Shown here: piece after piece, positions 44,433-57,619 of the stretch | Position numbering within the stretch: the first letter of the stretch is position 1 | Layout: every line of letters begins with the position of its first letter | Assembly: GCF_009914755.1 (NCBI RefSeq) | Contig: NC_060939.1 | Length of the DNA stretch: 64,000 nt | Strand: one strand, 5' to 3' | Source of the DNA: the human T2T-CHM13v2.0 reference genome, Homo sapiens | Notes under the pieces: model-generated | The model's input: only the letters and a program-made list of their open reading frames with translations | Database searches by the model: none | Told to the model about the DNA's origin: nothing | Translations under genes and position numbers: made by a program

Positions 44433-47400
44433 GTATAGTTATTTTAAATATTTTTGCCTTTTAACTCTTATAATAGAGTTAAAAGTAATTTACATACTAC
44501 CAATACACTATTACAGTATTCTGATTTTGACTATATTCTTACGTTTATGGTGAGTTCTATACTTTAATGTTTTTATATTGTTAGTGTTCTTCATTTGAAC
44601 TTGAAGAACTCCCTTTAGCATCTAGTGGTGATAAACTCCCAACACTTTTTCCATGTGTGCAAAACTTGTTATCTTGACTTCCATTTTTGAAGGAGAGCCT
44701 TGCCAGGTTATCAAATTCTTTGTTGGCAGTTTTTTTTTCAACACTTCGTTATCATCCCACTCTCTCCTGGATTTCAAGGTATCTGCTGATAAATCTGCTT
44801 ATAATCTTATACCTGTATATAATAAATAACTTTCTTCTTGCTGCTTTCAAAATTATCTCATCTTTGACTTTTGAGAATTTCATTATAATGTATCTTGGGG
44901 AAGATTTCTTCTTTGTCTTAATCTATCTGGAGTTTTTTGGGCTTCATGGATCCTGCTGTTTATTTTGCTCTCTCAATTTAGGAATATTTCTATCATTCTT
45001 TCTTTAAATAAGCTTTCTACCCTTTTCTCTTTCTCTTCTCCTTCTGGAATTCCTATTATGTATATATGTTTCACTTGACAATGTCCCATGTCTCATAGGC
45101 TTTATTCACTATTTTTCATTCTATGTTTTTGTTCCTCTGACAGCAGTTTCAAATGATCTGTTTTTGAGTACCCCTATTCTTTCTTCTGCTTGATCACATC
45201 TGCTGTTGAAGCTTTCTATGGAATTTTTTGGTTTAATCATTATGTTCTTCAGCTCCCAGAATTTCTGTGTGTGGATTTTTCATGATTTTTTATCTCTTTT
45301 ATAAGCCTCTACTTTTGTTCCTTTATTGTTTTCCTGATTTTCTTTGTGTTCTCTTGTTTACTAAGCTTCTTGAAGATGATATTTTTAAGTCTTCATCAGG
45401 CAGTTTGTAGATCTCTATTTTTTTAGGTAACTGATGCTTCTATTTGTTACTTTGGTGATGTCATGTTTCCCTGACTGCCTTGTTTTGATGTCTGCACATC
45501 TGAAGAACAGGCGCCTCTTCTGGGGGCTGGCTTCAGCACAAAAGCCCTTCACCTGTCAGCCCACCCAGAAAATGTAGGCAGGCCAGCTGGTGGGGTCCAT
45601 GGACTTCCTGTTGGAATTGTCAGGTAAGCTGACTTGGTATCTGGTTCAGTATGTGGGCAGGCCTGTTACCTGAGCCCACAGTGGCTAGCCTTGTAGTTTG
45701 GTTTATGGGGTTGGGCCTCTGGGTTCCCTTAGGTGGTATTACCTCTTGGGTCCACCGGAGTGGTCCTGAGTCCTAGGCTCAAGGGATGTTGACCTGGCAC
45801 AGCAGTCCACTGGGTGCAGCCTGTACACTTAATCTGTGGAGGCAGGACTGAAGCCTGGGTCCACAGGGGCCAACCTGACACTGAAGTGGGGGTTGGCCTG
45901 GTGCTGGGGTGGGCCTCGAATCTGTTTTGGGGGATATCCTGGTTCCTGGACTTGTGGGGTTTGGCTTTAAGCCTAGGTCTCAGGAGCAGTCCTGGAGCCT
46001 GGGTCCATGGGCTGGCCTGGTGCTGGGGTCTACTTGTGCAGACCTGGTCCTGAGTACACTGGAGTGGACCTGAAGTCTGACTGCCCTGGAGCCTGCCTCC
46101 CCTGGAAATGGCCTGGAGCCTGCAGCAGCCTGGTGCTGGAGTGGGCCTGGAGCCTGGGTCCTCATGTGGTAGCCTAAAATCAAAAATCCAAGGGGCTGGC
46201 ATGGAGCTGGAGTTTGAGTCTGAGAGGGATAGCCTGGGGCTGTGGGAGCTATCCTGCCACTGGAGTGGACTTGGAGACTGGGTCTACAGGTGCTGGCCTG
46301 GAGCTTGGGGCTGTGGAGGGTGGGCTTGCACAGTCCTCTTGCTGCGGTCCACGGCAAAGTTATGTGCTCACTTCATTCTCCTTTCCCTTTCCCACATGAA
46401 AGGTATCTCTCTCCACACTGTTCTGCCCTTGCTTGGTAACTTGAAAATGTCCTTCCTAACCTCTTCAAGGTATCTTTTCTTATTTCTGTGCCACGCCTAG
46501 GACTCCCATATAGTGAAGACTAGTAATATCTCACCTGGATTCCTTAGCTCTTGTAAAGGTATTTTTCTTGCAAGGATAGTTGTTCAAATTGATATTTCTG
46601 CAAAGGGATAAAGGTTATTTTGCCATCTTGCTGGAGTCATTTCTCCTAAGTATTTTTTTTTTTACTTTTATATATTCAAAGCCATGAGTTCACACTGATG
46701 CCTCTAATTCCAATTCTAACCATTCTAGTTTTCTCTCTTTCCGTATTATAATTGCCATCCCTAACAATTAAAAACCTAGCTACCATTATCTTTAATATAT
46801 TTACTTATTTGATCAATCCTTTTATGTAACCAATCTCTCATATTTGCTCCCAGACTCTTCCTTACGTGGATATCCTTTTCATACTACTTGGGCTCTAATA
46901 TCGCATGTTAGGTTGCCAATTCTGTGAGGACATCCTCCTTACCCCCACTTGATCTCTGACCTCCCACATCAGAGTGAAGGCTACCTTCCTCTTCTCCCTT
47001 TATGTGTGAATATCATCATCATTCCCTTGGATTCTGATACCTGTGGTGTCACATGGACATCCTCCTCACCATTGTTGGGCTCAGAAATCTTGCTCTGGGC
47101 CACCAAGCAAACCCTTCTTTCTCAATGTGGAAGCCTGCCTTGTTTTGGCCACCAGATGGCTTTAATACTAAATTGTTTAGGAAAGGAAGCAGATGGAATG
47201 AAAAGGAAACAAGGGAAATGAAGAGAAGAAGGGAAGTGGAACCACAACATTAATATTTGCAAATCTAAATACAAGATCTTTTAATATAACCAAATAATAG
47301 CAAAACAAAGAAAGTTAGTCAACATAATTAAAAGTTTATGAATAAGAGAATACTTTTTGGGATGGTGGGAGACTTGTGTAGGATGAAACTCTGCAATGGA

Positions 47401-49369
47401 GTTTGGGTAAAATACACTGGGGCCTTAGCTTAAGGGGAAGAAATCTGAGGTCTGCAGATCAGAAATTTCAAACCCACCTTGGTCTGTTCCATCTCCTTTT
47501 TTCTTCCTTTAAAAGCAATCCTAAACTCATCATACATTTGTTCATTTATTAACTGTGCTAATAGTAAGATATGAAAATAATACCCAGTGCTTAACACTGC
47601 AAAACTTTTCCAAAAAGGTCCCCCTGTCATTTTGAAAAAAAGAGTGCTATATAAATACGTTAAGTGCCCTCTTCCAAATCCTGTAAATGTGTATCTTAAA
47701 TAAGACGCATAGCCACTTGGGAAAGTTTTCCAGCATTGAAATCTGGAAAACTGTGTCAAAAATTTAAAAGATTTTGAAGAATAAGAGAAGGTCACAGGGT
47801 AAAATCCCTGAAGACCAACACTGTCAATTTAGAATGGCAGCCACATTTGAAAACACAGTCCTTATGAGTCATGTGTTGCTATTGTTAGGGGAGTTGAGGG
47901 AGAAGGAAGAGGCTAAAAGGAATTTGAAAAGATGTTATAATATGTACAAATCTTTATGAAAATGTCTTTATGTCAGTTCTTTATGTCAGACTTGTTATAT
48001 CACAATCCTTTTCCCCAAGATATTGAAATATTATGAGCTGAATAAAGTTTCCAAAAATTCCATAAGGCTGATGAGACTCTGTCTTCTCTACATCACCAAG
48101 GTAATCAAGGGATAGACTGGTGTCCCAAAGTCATTAATATAAAGAAGGTGATTTTTAAATTCTTTTAATTCTTTGTGGCTGTATTATTAAATGGATACCA
48201 GATGATTATCTTGGAGTAGATCATATCTTGTAGCAGATCATAATCTATTTTCCCCATCTCATTTCTCTATTACTTTCCTTCCTTATTCCTTTATATTTTG
48301 CCTTCAATAAGGTACCTCTTGAATAGAGTGTTATCTAAAAAATAAATTTTGTGGCCAGACCTAAAAAGGCAAATCGAGTCAACTAGCAGCTAACAGGCAG
48401 ATTAGCTGTCAGGCAGTTCATACTGCCCGAAAGAAAATCAACACTACTACTAGAGTATGAGCATCCAGAGTCTATGGTGATTATATTAATTAAAAGTAAA
48501 TAAATGTATTCAAATCCCAAAAGAACAAAAGAATTGGACTAGAAGTTTTTGTTCCCTAAGGAGTTAAATTCTACATTATAGCGCTGTGGTCCTTAGTGAT
48601 AAGTAAGAAGAACATTTACCTTGTTTAAAACAGGGTCAGTGAAGCAAGAATTGGCTATGTATTTGTCATGTTTATTTTAATTATAGCAATTAACTTTGGC
48701 AGTGGCAGAAGCACAAATTATTATATGCTAATATAAAACTAGAGATGGAGAAGGGAGAGTAGACAGACAAAAGGGCTCTCGTGGAGTTTAGAGAGGAATT
48801 TTTTTTATTGAATATATGGGTAAGTCTTCACCCATGTCCCAAAGCCCAAGAGACAATGCTGAAGTATCAAACAGAAGGTAAGAAATAAGAAGCATGACTA
48901 GAATTAGTAAGAAAAGTGACTATTATTTAGCTCTTTTTCCTTTATATTAAGCTTTGATATAAGGATTTAAATGGATTAATGAATAAATAAATGAATAAAC
49001 AAATAAGCAAATAAATCAGGCTATTCCCTCAAAAAAGAGAATGGGATTGAAATTATTATTTTCTCTATCATAAAATAATTTTGATCCTCTAAGAAAAATC
49101 ATATCATGGAGTACTCTTCAGACACAGATTACGAATCTAACAGGCCTGTTAACAAAAATTAACATTGATGAACTAAGAAAAGATGAATTAAAGTTCTACC
49201 AGATAAAAGTTGCATGGACACAGAAAAAAGGTAATAAGAAATAAATAACATGAAAAATCAAAAGTATAATATATAAATATGGAAGAAATTGGAATCAACA
49301 CTTTGTACTTGAAGAACCAAAAAGAATTTTTTAAAGTGTGACAGTAAAGAGAGATGAGACAAAAAGGGG

Positions 49370-50030
49370 GAAGATAATGTAGATTCCTTAAGAGTAGAAT
49401 CTTTTGTCTTTGTTCATAGCTGTAACTCCAGTGCCCAGAAAAATATCTGGCAAATAGTGGGTAGTGAACGGAAGTAACTAAATGAGTGAATGAATAGGAT
49501 AAGTAAGAGAGCTGACACTGATACAACAATAGTGGAAAAAGAAGATGTTATAAAAACATAAAAATATTTTTATAAAAATAAAACTAGAAATAGAATTGTG
49601 ATGGAGTAAAGGGAATGTGGGAAATGATCAATAGAGAAATGAGAGGATAAAAACAATTGAAGATAAAAAGATACACAGAAGTACAACAGGAGATAGGAAG
49701 AGGTGAAAGAGAGGAGTAGATGATATAAAATATTAAAATTACCAAAAAAGATAGAAATGGTAGGAACTGGCAAAAAAGAGAGGACTTTAGATGATATGAT
49801 AAAAGATTAAGTAGAAGACAAGAGAAACAAGTAGCTAACATGTAGGTTGCAAGTACTATTATAATGCTAGTTAACAGCAGAGCTTGGATTAATAACATGA
49901 TTCAATTCTAAAAGAATAATAGCTCCATAAGGGCAGGCATCTTTGCTTGTTTTTATTCACTGATATATCCTAAGCATCTATGTGCCTGGCACATAGCAGG
50001 TGTTCAAAAATATTTCTTAAATGAATTCAT
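49370..50030. mobile_element. Two L2 3'-end fragments (~49370-49500 and ~49920-50030)
   Basis: gctccataagggcagg...gtgcctggcacatagcaggtgttcaa...aaatgaat L2 terminal motif. Confidence 0.7.
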
Positions 50031-51593
50031 GGCAGTCACTACTTTTCTACCATTGTCTATTGGACAAAGACTTTGTATAGCAAACAAAAAATTAAGCATC
50101 TAGTCATTTTATTCCTGAATATTTTCAAATATCCAATAGTTTGGCAATGTATAAACATAGTCAAACCATAAAAAATAACTACAGAATATGGGTATTTGGT
50201 TGGGAAATTCAGAAAATATGAAAAGATTTACAGAGAAACCTATAAATGACAAAATGATACAGATGGATATGTTGTTTTATCAAATGCTACCTGATAAAAC
50301 TTGAAGGCTATAAATATAGCCTTTGAATACAAATATAAATATATCCTTTGCATACAAAGATGATACTACTGACATACTATTAATAAGACATGGTTTGATT
50401 TGATTTTTATCCTGTATTTAGTGAAGAGCTGGCATAAACCCACTATCTTGATTTGATTGGTATCATTCTCAATTTAAGCAAAGGGATAACATATTTACTA
50501 CTTCAAATAATTAGAATTTTTTATTTAAAATCCTAGGTCCTCAAACATGTATAATAATACAGTCTCCATTATTTGCTGAATTTAGATTAATTTTAACTTA
50601 AAACTTAAAACATTAAAAAGTCCTTAAACATTGTCATTAGGCTGCAGCACATTTGCATCATTATTTAAATCAAAATAGTTACAAAAAGTTTGTTCCAAAA
50701 GTATTTCAACATACTTAGATACACCATGTGACTGAAGTAAACTTTTATGACTAAGAATGTTTTCATCTGAGCGCAATCCTTTCCCAAAACATTGAAAGTA
50801 AAAAAAAAAAAAAAAAAAAACTTGTCTAAACAAATATAAAAACAGAAGATAGATATTTAAAAGTAGATATTTCTGAAACTACATTGTTAGCAGTTTAATC
50901 ATAGCAAATACTATTTACATTTAAGCATAAATAAATGTAAATTATTTATATTCCAATCCACTCAAAATACAAACATATCTAATTAAAAAGCCACCTTTTT
51001 TCTGTTTTCTATACTGACATCTTTCTTCTGGCCCTTACTTGACATTCCTCAATGCAAAACAAATATGACCTTCACACTTGCAGATGCATGGATCCAAGGG
51101 AAGACTTAGCAAGTCCAATAACCCCAGGCGAAGTCAGTAATTTTGCATAACAATGGAAACTGAACTTTTAACATGAAAACACATTTTGAATTTTTCACTC
51201 TGATTCAATAATCAAGGAATATTGATGTAACACCTCTACAGATTACCTGTCTCAGGTGTGGTGCATAAATAAATGAGATAAGTAAGCATAACTGTTGGAT
51301 ATTCTTTAAGGTGTAAATACATAAGACAAAAATCTTACAATAACAAAAGTATATAGAAATGTCTGTATAGGGCTAGAATTTTTTTAATGTGAAAAAGAGA
51401 ATAGAATGTTGACAAGAGGGAAGACTACAACATAGAGCCTACTCAAAGGACATAAGTATTTATATACACACTTTCCTCATTGAAACATATTTCTGAAATT
51501 TCTAGTCTTAAAGTTTATTCTAAGCCTTCTAAATCTCCATAACTGATATTTTAAAATGATGTAATGGCACATAAAATAAGATGCTTTACTCAC

Positions 51594-51647
51594 CCAATTT
51601 TGAAACTTTAAGAATTCTTCAATGCTCTTTGGAGGTTCTTGCATTTT
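51594..51647 (-). CDS. FAM227B: FAM227B coding exon, KMQEPPKSIEEFLKFQNW (54 nt)
   Basis: AG at 51649-51648, donor TGG|gtgagt; phase 0-0; in frame with flanking exons. Confidence 0.92.
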
Positions 51648-52412
51648 CTAATAAAGTAATATCAACATTGTTCATTGGCATAAACTCACTAGACTGTTCA
51701 TAATATTTACAAATAATTTACTTAAATAAAATGATACTCTATTTATCATTTTCAGAGCGGTAAGATATCATAAAATGCTCACTTTATACCATCCCTCCAC
51801 TTTGAAAAGGGACACACATAAATGTTTAAGTTCTTAGCCTCCAAACCAAATTTTGTAATAGGCTTCCCTCTTATACACTAGCCCTAGAGAAAAACTCCAC
51901 ATGAATCTTGCTTTAGGTCCTCATTTCAGATTCCTAAAAGAGTTCCAAGATATTTTGGGCTATCATGGATAGCCTCTATAATAAATCCAGAGCCAAAAAT
52001 ATAATATGTTCTTGCTGATAAAGTATTTTAAAAAGTTAACTAGTTACATAGTTAAAATAAATTTAAATGTTTGGATATTTCAGTCTAATAGATAAAAATC
52101 ACATTTTTTAGTAGTTTCTTTGTGATTTCAAAATGTATTCAACATTACACAAACTAATTTTAATCCAGACCACAACTTTCTCCTTTTCGCCTTAGAGACT
52201 TTGCCTACATTCTTCCTTCTGCCCAGAAGTCTCCCTTTCCCAAACCCTCTTTCAATCCTTTCTTGGCCTATTTAACTCTTACTTCAAATAACAAATTAAA
52301 AGTCACTTTGTCCATCAAGCCTTTCTTATCCCCCAAAGTTTTCTCCGTGGTAACATACAGCAGATTATCTCTATGAGGATAGAAACTATGGTGCAATCAT
52401 GGCTGAATTTTC

Positions 52413-52843
52413 TTTTTTTTTTTTTTTAATTTGGTATGTTTATTTTGTAGCCGGCCAATTCCTTGGAGAGGCTATTTTTTTTTATTATACTTTAAGTTTT
52501 AGGGTACATGTGTACAACGTGCAGGTCTGTTACATATGTATACATGTGCCATGTTGGTGTGCTGCACCCATTAACTCGTCATTTAACATTAGGTATATCT
52601 CCTAATGCTATCCCTCCCACCTGTCCCCACCCCACAACAGGCCCCAGTGTGTGATGTTCCCCTTCCTGTGTCCATGTGTTCTCATTGTTCAATTCCCACC
52701 TATGAGTGAGAACATGCGGTGTTTGTTTTTTGTCCTTGCGATAGTTTGCTGAGAATGATGGTTTCTACCTTCATCCATGTCCCTACAAAGGACATGAACT
52801 CATCATTTTTTATGGCTGCATAGTATTCCATGGTGTATATGTG
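52413..52843 (-). mobile_element. Short L1PA (L1PA4/5-like) 3' fragment with 47-bp 3' transduction
   Basis: Perfect 19-bp TSD aatcatggctgaattttct at 52395-52413 and 52844-52862; two poly(A) tracts. Confidence 0.95.
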
Positions 52844-53319
52844 AATCATGGCTGAATTTTCTAAATTTCACACAGTGGCTGGTTCATAGTCAATGCATAA
52901 TAAGTACTCGCAGTGTGCATAAATTAAAGCATAAATGAGTAGATGAATGTCAGAAATATATAGGTACTTGAAAAATAATAAAAATACTTCTAGAGAATGA
53001 AAATCCAGTGAGAAGGCAAAAATAAGAGGAATTCAGAAGTCTAATATCCTAATATCCATGATGATATCACTGAAAAGATTGTACTACATTTTTATTTATT
53101 AAAACACATATTTCATATCAATATATAAAGTGGTCAAGATTACAGAATCACAAGTTCATGTTTTAGAAAAAAATGCTAAAAAATAATTACATATTTGAAT
53201 TGGGGGATATTTCATTCATCTAAATATATGATGAATATAAGAAAATATATAACTGATAATACAAGAAGAAGATAAAGAGTGTATGTGACAACCATTATAG
53301 AAAATGAGTATTTAGTGAG

Positions 53320-54175
53320 AGTCAAAAAATTAAACAATTGAACTCATGGAGATAGAGATAGAATGATGGTTGCCAGAGGCCGAGAAGGGTAGTGGGAAGT
53401 GAGGGGAAAGTGGGTATAGTCAATGGGTACAAAAATATAGGTTAGGGTCAAGCACAGTGGCTCATGCCTATAATACCAGCACACTTTGGGAGGCCAAGAC
53501 AGGAGGACTGCTTGAGCCCAGGAGTTTGAGACCAGGTTGGGCAACACAGCAAGAGCCAATCTCCATAAAAAATTTTAAAAAAAGGTAAAACAAAACAAAA
53601 CAAAACAGAGTGGCCAGGCATGGTGGCTCACGCCTGTAATCCCAGCACTTTGGGAGGCCAAGGCAGGTGGATTGCTTGAGGTCAACAGTACAAGAGACCA
53701 GCCTGGCCAACACGGTAAAACCCCAGTCTCTTATAAAAATACAAAAAAATTAGCCAGGTGTCCCAGCTACTCGAGAGGCTGAGGTGAGAGAATCGCTTGA
53801 ACCCCAGAGGCGGAGGTTGCGGTGAGCCAAGATTGTGCCACTACACTCCAGCCTGGGTGACAGAGCGAGACTCTCTCTAAAAAACAAACGGACAAATAAA
53901 AACAGCTAGAGAGAATGAATAAGATCTAATATTCGATAGCACAACTGGCTAACTATAGTCAACAATAATTTACTGCACATTTTAAAATAAATAAAAGAGT
54001 ATAATTGGAATGTCTACAACATAAATAAGTGATAAATGCTTGAAATGATGGATACCCCACTTACTCTGATATAATTATTATATATTGTATGTATCAAAAA
54101 TTATCTCATGTATGCCATAAATATATATATACTTATGATGTACCCTTAAAAATTAAAAATAAAAATTTAAAAAAG
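53320..54175 (+). mobile_element. L1MA 3'UTR fragment with nested FLAM (~53445-53580), (AAAAC)n and Alu (53612-53885, internal deletion)
   Basis: gaactcatggagatagagatagaatgatggttgccagagg; Alu arms recognisable. Confidence 0.88.
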
Positions 54176-54903
54176 GAAAGCAAATGTTTAGACAGAAGCA
54201 AAGATGCATAGAGATGTGAAGAACATGTTATGGGAAACAGGGAACTCTAGAGCTAGTCAAATTGAAAAGAATGAGAGATATGAGAGATGGTGCATGCAAA
54301 AGGCTTACAGACAGAAAAATACTCACGATATAATATCTCTAGCTTCATGGGTATAGCAATTTGGCTAGAAGGAACTCACAATACATTTACAAATATACAG
54401 AATCAAACTTAATGAAAACAATTTAAGCATTGACTTTTTTTTCTTGTAATGGCTGTCAAACCACTCCAAGTACAAAGCACCAAAAATAATATGCACATTT
54501 AAATTAAAGGGAATTAGAAAAGTGAAGAAAGTGAAACTTGCATAGTGAAGTCCTAACTAATTTCAAAAATTCCATGTTTCTTTTGGGGTAAAATTAAAAT
54601 AAGGTAAGGTATAAATTAAACAGATTTCTACTTTTGGTAGGATGTAGAAGGATATAAAACACCTACACTTCCATGATAATAATAAGACAAACTTGGACAA
54701 AAAAAAAATCATATTTTTCTATGGGGTTAGTGAAAAGTGGTGAATGCCAGGAGGCAGGACCAGTTAAATAACTTGTAAACATTCAGAGTTCCTTGTTCAA
54801 AATTATTGAGTTTGAAGATAATAACATCAGAGCATTAAACCAAATGCATGTACTTCTCAGCATAAGGCCCTGTGCAACTGCAGAAGTTGTAAACCCATGA
54901 AGC

Positions 54904-55407
54904 TAAAAACAAGCCTAACTGTCCCATAGAACTAATGTTTATGGTTTCTTTAAATAAATATAGAAATTAATCCTTCTAGTCTTAAAACTTGAGAAAGTTA
55001 CATTGGTCTTATCTGAGTTCCTTTCCCAGAAAACTAACCATCAGGCCTCCCAGATAGTGTCAAGGAACTAAAACATACCAAATCACTATATCTTGACAAT
55101 TAGCCTCTAGACTCCTCACCATCACCCATCATGATTGCCTAACTGACTACCTGTTTCCTGTTAACCAACTCCTCGTTCTTACCACCACTCCCTAATTTCT
55201 GTTTTCCCACACATGGTTACATTTCTTCCTTGCTATATAAAACCCTAATTTTAGTCAGTCAGGGAGATGGATTTGAGACTGATCTCCCATCTCCTCGGCT
55301 GCAGCACCCTATTAAAGCTTTCTTCCTTGGCAATACTCATCTCAGTGATTGGCCATCTGTGCAGCGAGCATTAAGACCTAGACCAAACCCTTGGTGTTTC
55401 AGTGACA
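54904..55407 (+). mobile_element. ERV1 solo LTR (MER39-like), inserted in a small MER91-like DNA element
   Basis: 4-bp TSD aagc at 54900-54903 and 55408-55411; TATATAA 55234-55240; ATTAAA 55311-55316; ends ...gtgaca. Confidence 0.82.
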
Positions 55408-55499
55408 AAGCCAGCTCTACCTGGGAGCCCTGATTACCTGAAATTCCAAGAGAAATATAACCTTTGTAAGTGAACATAAAGCTGTGGAAGCTTCCTTAC

Positions 55500-55550
55500 C
55501 CCGGGGCCAGCTCTGCTGCTCCTCCTTTGACATGTTCGTTGGCCTGCCAT
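55500..55550 (-). CDS. FAM227B: FAM227B first coding exon (exon 2), MAGQRTCQRRSSRAGPG; whole exon probably 55500-55622 including a 72-nt 5'UTR
   Basis: ATG at 55550-55548 in ACC-ATG-G context; in-frame upstream TAA in the UTR part; donor GGG|gtaagg; acceptor tctttcataccccag at 55623-55624 (alternative acceptor at 55561-55562); peptide matches recalled FAM227B N-terminus. Confidence 0.85.
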
Positions 55551-55718
55551 GGTACAGTAACTTTGCAGAAATGAAGAGAAATCAGCTGGGTCTTAGGCTT
55601 CAATGTGAGTTGGGCGACCAAACTGGGGTATGAAAGACACCCAAATGCAAAAATAAATGACTCAGCCAAACAATCCCTTTCCCCTCACCCACAAACCTCA
55701 CTTCTGACTTTTACCAAG

Positions 55719-56116
55719 TCAGATAGTTTGGCTCTGTATCTCCACTCAAATCTCATGTTGAACTGTTGGAATCCCCAGTGTTGGAGGTGGGGCCTGGTGG
55801 GAGGTGATTGGATCATGGGGGTGGTTTCTAATGATTTTGCAACATCCCCCTAGTGCTGTTTTGTGATAGACTTCTCATGAGATCTGGTTGTTTAAAAGTG
55901 TGTAGCACCTCCCCCTTCACCCTTTTCCTCCTGCTCCAGCCATGTAGGACGCATCTGCTTCCCCTTCACCTTCTGCCATGATTGTAAGTTTCCTGAGGCC
56001 TCCCCAGCCATGCTTCCTGTACAGCCTGTGGAACTGTGAGTCAATTAAACTTCTTTTCTTTAAAATTACCCAGTCTCTGGTAGTTCTTTATAGCAATGTG
56101 AGAACGGACTAACGCA
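55719..56116 (+). mobile_element. MST (MSTA/B-like) MaLR solo LTR
   Basis: gtttggctctgt...caaatctcatgttgaa...ccatgattgtaagtttcctgaggcctcccc...gaacggactaa. Confidence 0.92.
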
Positions 56117-56489
56117 GCAGGGGAGGAAGGGCTGGAAAATATATTCTGCTCATGAAGCTGGAGGTTCTACTACGTCACATGACAAACGACATGCATATAA
56201 CAAGAAATGGACAAGGGAAGGCTAATAATATAAGCTATTATAATGTTTATAAGAAAGATTGGCCTGAATTTTTCTATCTTATAATGTGAAGATTTGGAAT
56301 TAAGGCTATTATGGTCTCAAAAAAAATGAGTTGGGAAATGCCTCTATTTTTTTCTATTATCTGAAAGAATTTAAAATCTGAAAGATCAGTACTATTTCTT
56401 CCTTTCTTCCTTAAATGTTTGGTGGACACTGCTAGTTATGTTCCCTGAACCTGAACCTGAAATTATGGGGGAGTTTTAAATTAAGGATA

Positions 56490-57088
56490 CTGTTATGGAC
56501 CTAATCATGCCCCCACCCCAAATTCATATGTTCAAGCCCTAACACTTATAACAAGATGTGACTTTATTTGCAGATGGAGCCTTTGAGGAGACAATTAAGG
56601 TTAAAAGAGACTAAAAGAGTGGGGCTCTAATATGATTGGTGTCATTATGAGAACAGACACCAGAGAGCTTGCTTGCTTATACTCTCTCTCCATATACACA
56701 CAGATATTTTATCTGTGAAAATATCTAGAACTATGAAATAATAAACTTTGTGTTGTTTTAAGCCACTTTGCTTGTTGGCTGTTTGTTACAGCAGCAATAA
56801 GAAACTAATATGAGGAGAAAGAGTGATTTTTTTTTTTAGCATTTTGCAGATGTGAAAAATGCCACACACTTAACTGATGCTCTGTCTATATAAGAGAAGA
56901 GGCTTTGTAAGGACATGGTGAGAAGGCAGTGGTCTACAAGCCAGGAAGAGAGGCCTCACTAGAAACTCACACTGATGGCACCTTGGTCTTGGACTTCTGG
57001 CCTTTAAAACTGTGAGAAAATAAACTACTGTTGTTTAAGTCATCTACTCTGTGGTATTCTATTACAGCATCCTAGGTAGACTAATACA
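56490..57088 (+). mobile_element. MLT1A-like LTR with two 3'-end copies
   Basis: ccaaattcatatgttcaagccctaa; tgttgttttaagcca motif occurs twice; ends gactaataca. Confidence 0.75.
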
Positions 57089-57619
57089 GATATAAGCTAT
57101 CAAAATTAATATAGGATCATTCAGCTATTCTATTACTTCTTAATTTTGGTAAATTATCTTTCAAGAAAAATTGAAATGTCAAGTATTTTGATATAAATAT
57201 TTATTCTTAATATCCTCCTATTATCTTTGCAATCTGTAGTGTCTGTGGTGATGTTTCACTTTTCATTTCTGAAATTTGTACTTTTCTTTATCTTGGTCAG
57301 TCTATCTAAAGGCTTATCAATTTTATTAATCTTTGCAAAGAACCAGTTTTGGCCTTGTTGCTTTTCTTTAGTGCACATTTGTTTTTAATTTCATTGATTT
57401 ATTCTTATCTTTATTAGTCCCTTTTCTTCTTTAAATGTTTGAGAAACTTCCAATGATAAACCTTGCTCTACTATGAAGCTGAATGCTTGACAATTCCTGT
57501 TGAGACACCATGAGGCTTTCTATCACCATTTTAATCCTTGTATTTCAAAATGGATAGAAAGCTAAAGATTATTATTTATGGACTAATTGTGAAATAAAAA
57601 ATATTTTTAAAAAATGGAA

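Noticed and set aside
45729-46500. Overlapping GC-rich ORFs up to 157 aa that might look like a gene or second CpG island
   Set aside because: CpG-poor, with internal cctgg repeats, and located at the 5'UTR position of the host L1M; stop-poor composition explains the ORFs.
49188-49898. Minus-strand Leu/Phe/Ile-rich ORFs
   Set aside because: Antisense of purine-rich low-complexity and L2 sequence; no coherent splice structure.
51621-51683. Short ATG ORF MPMNNVDITLLENARTSKEH overlapping exon 3 out of frame
   Set aside because: Starts in the intron upstream of the acceptor and ends after 20 codons; no support for expression.
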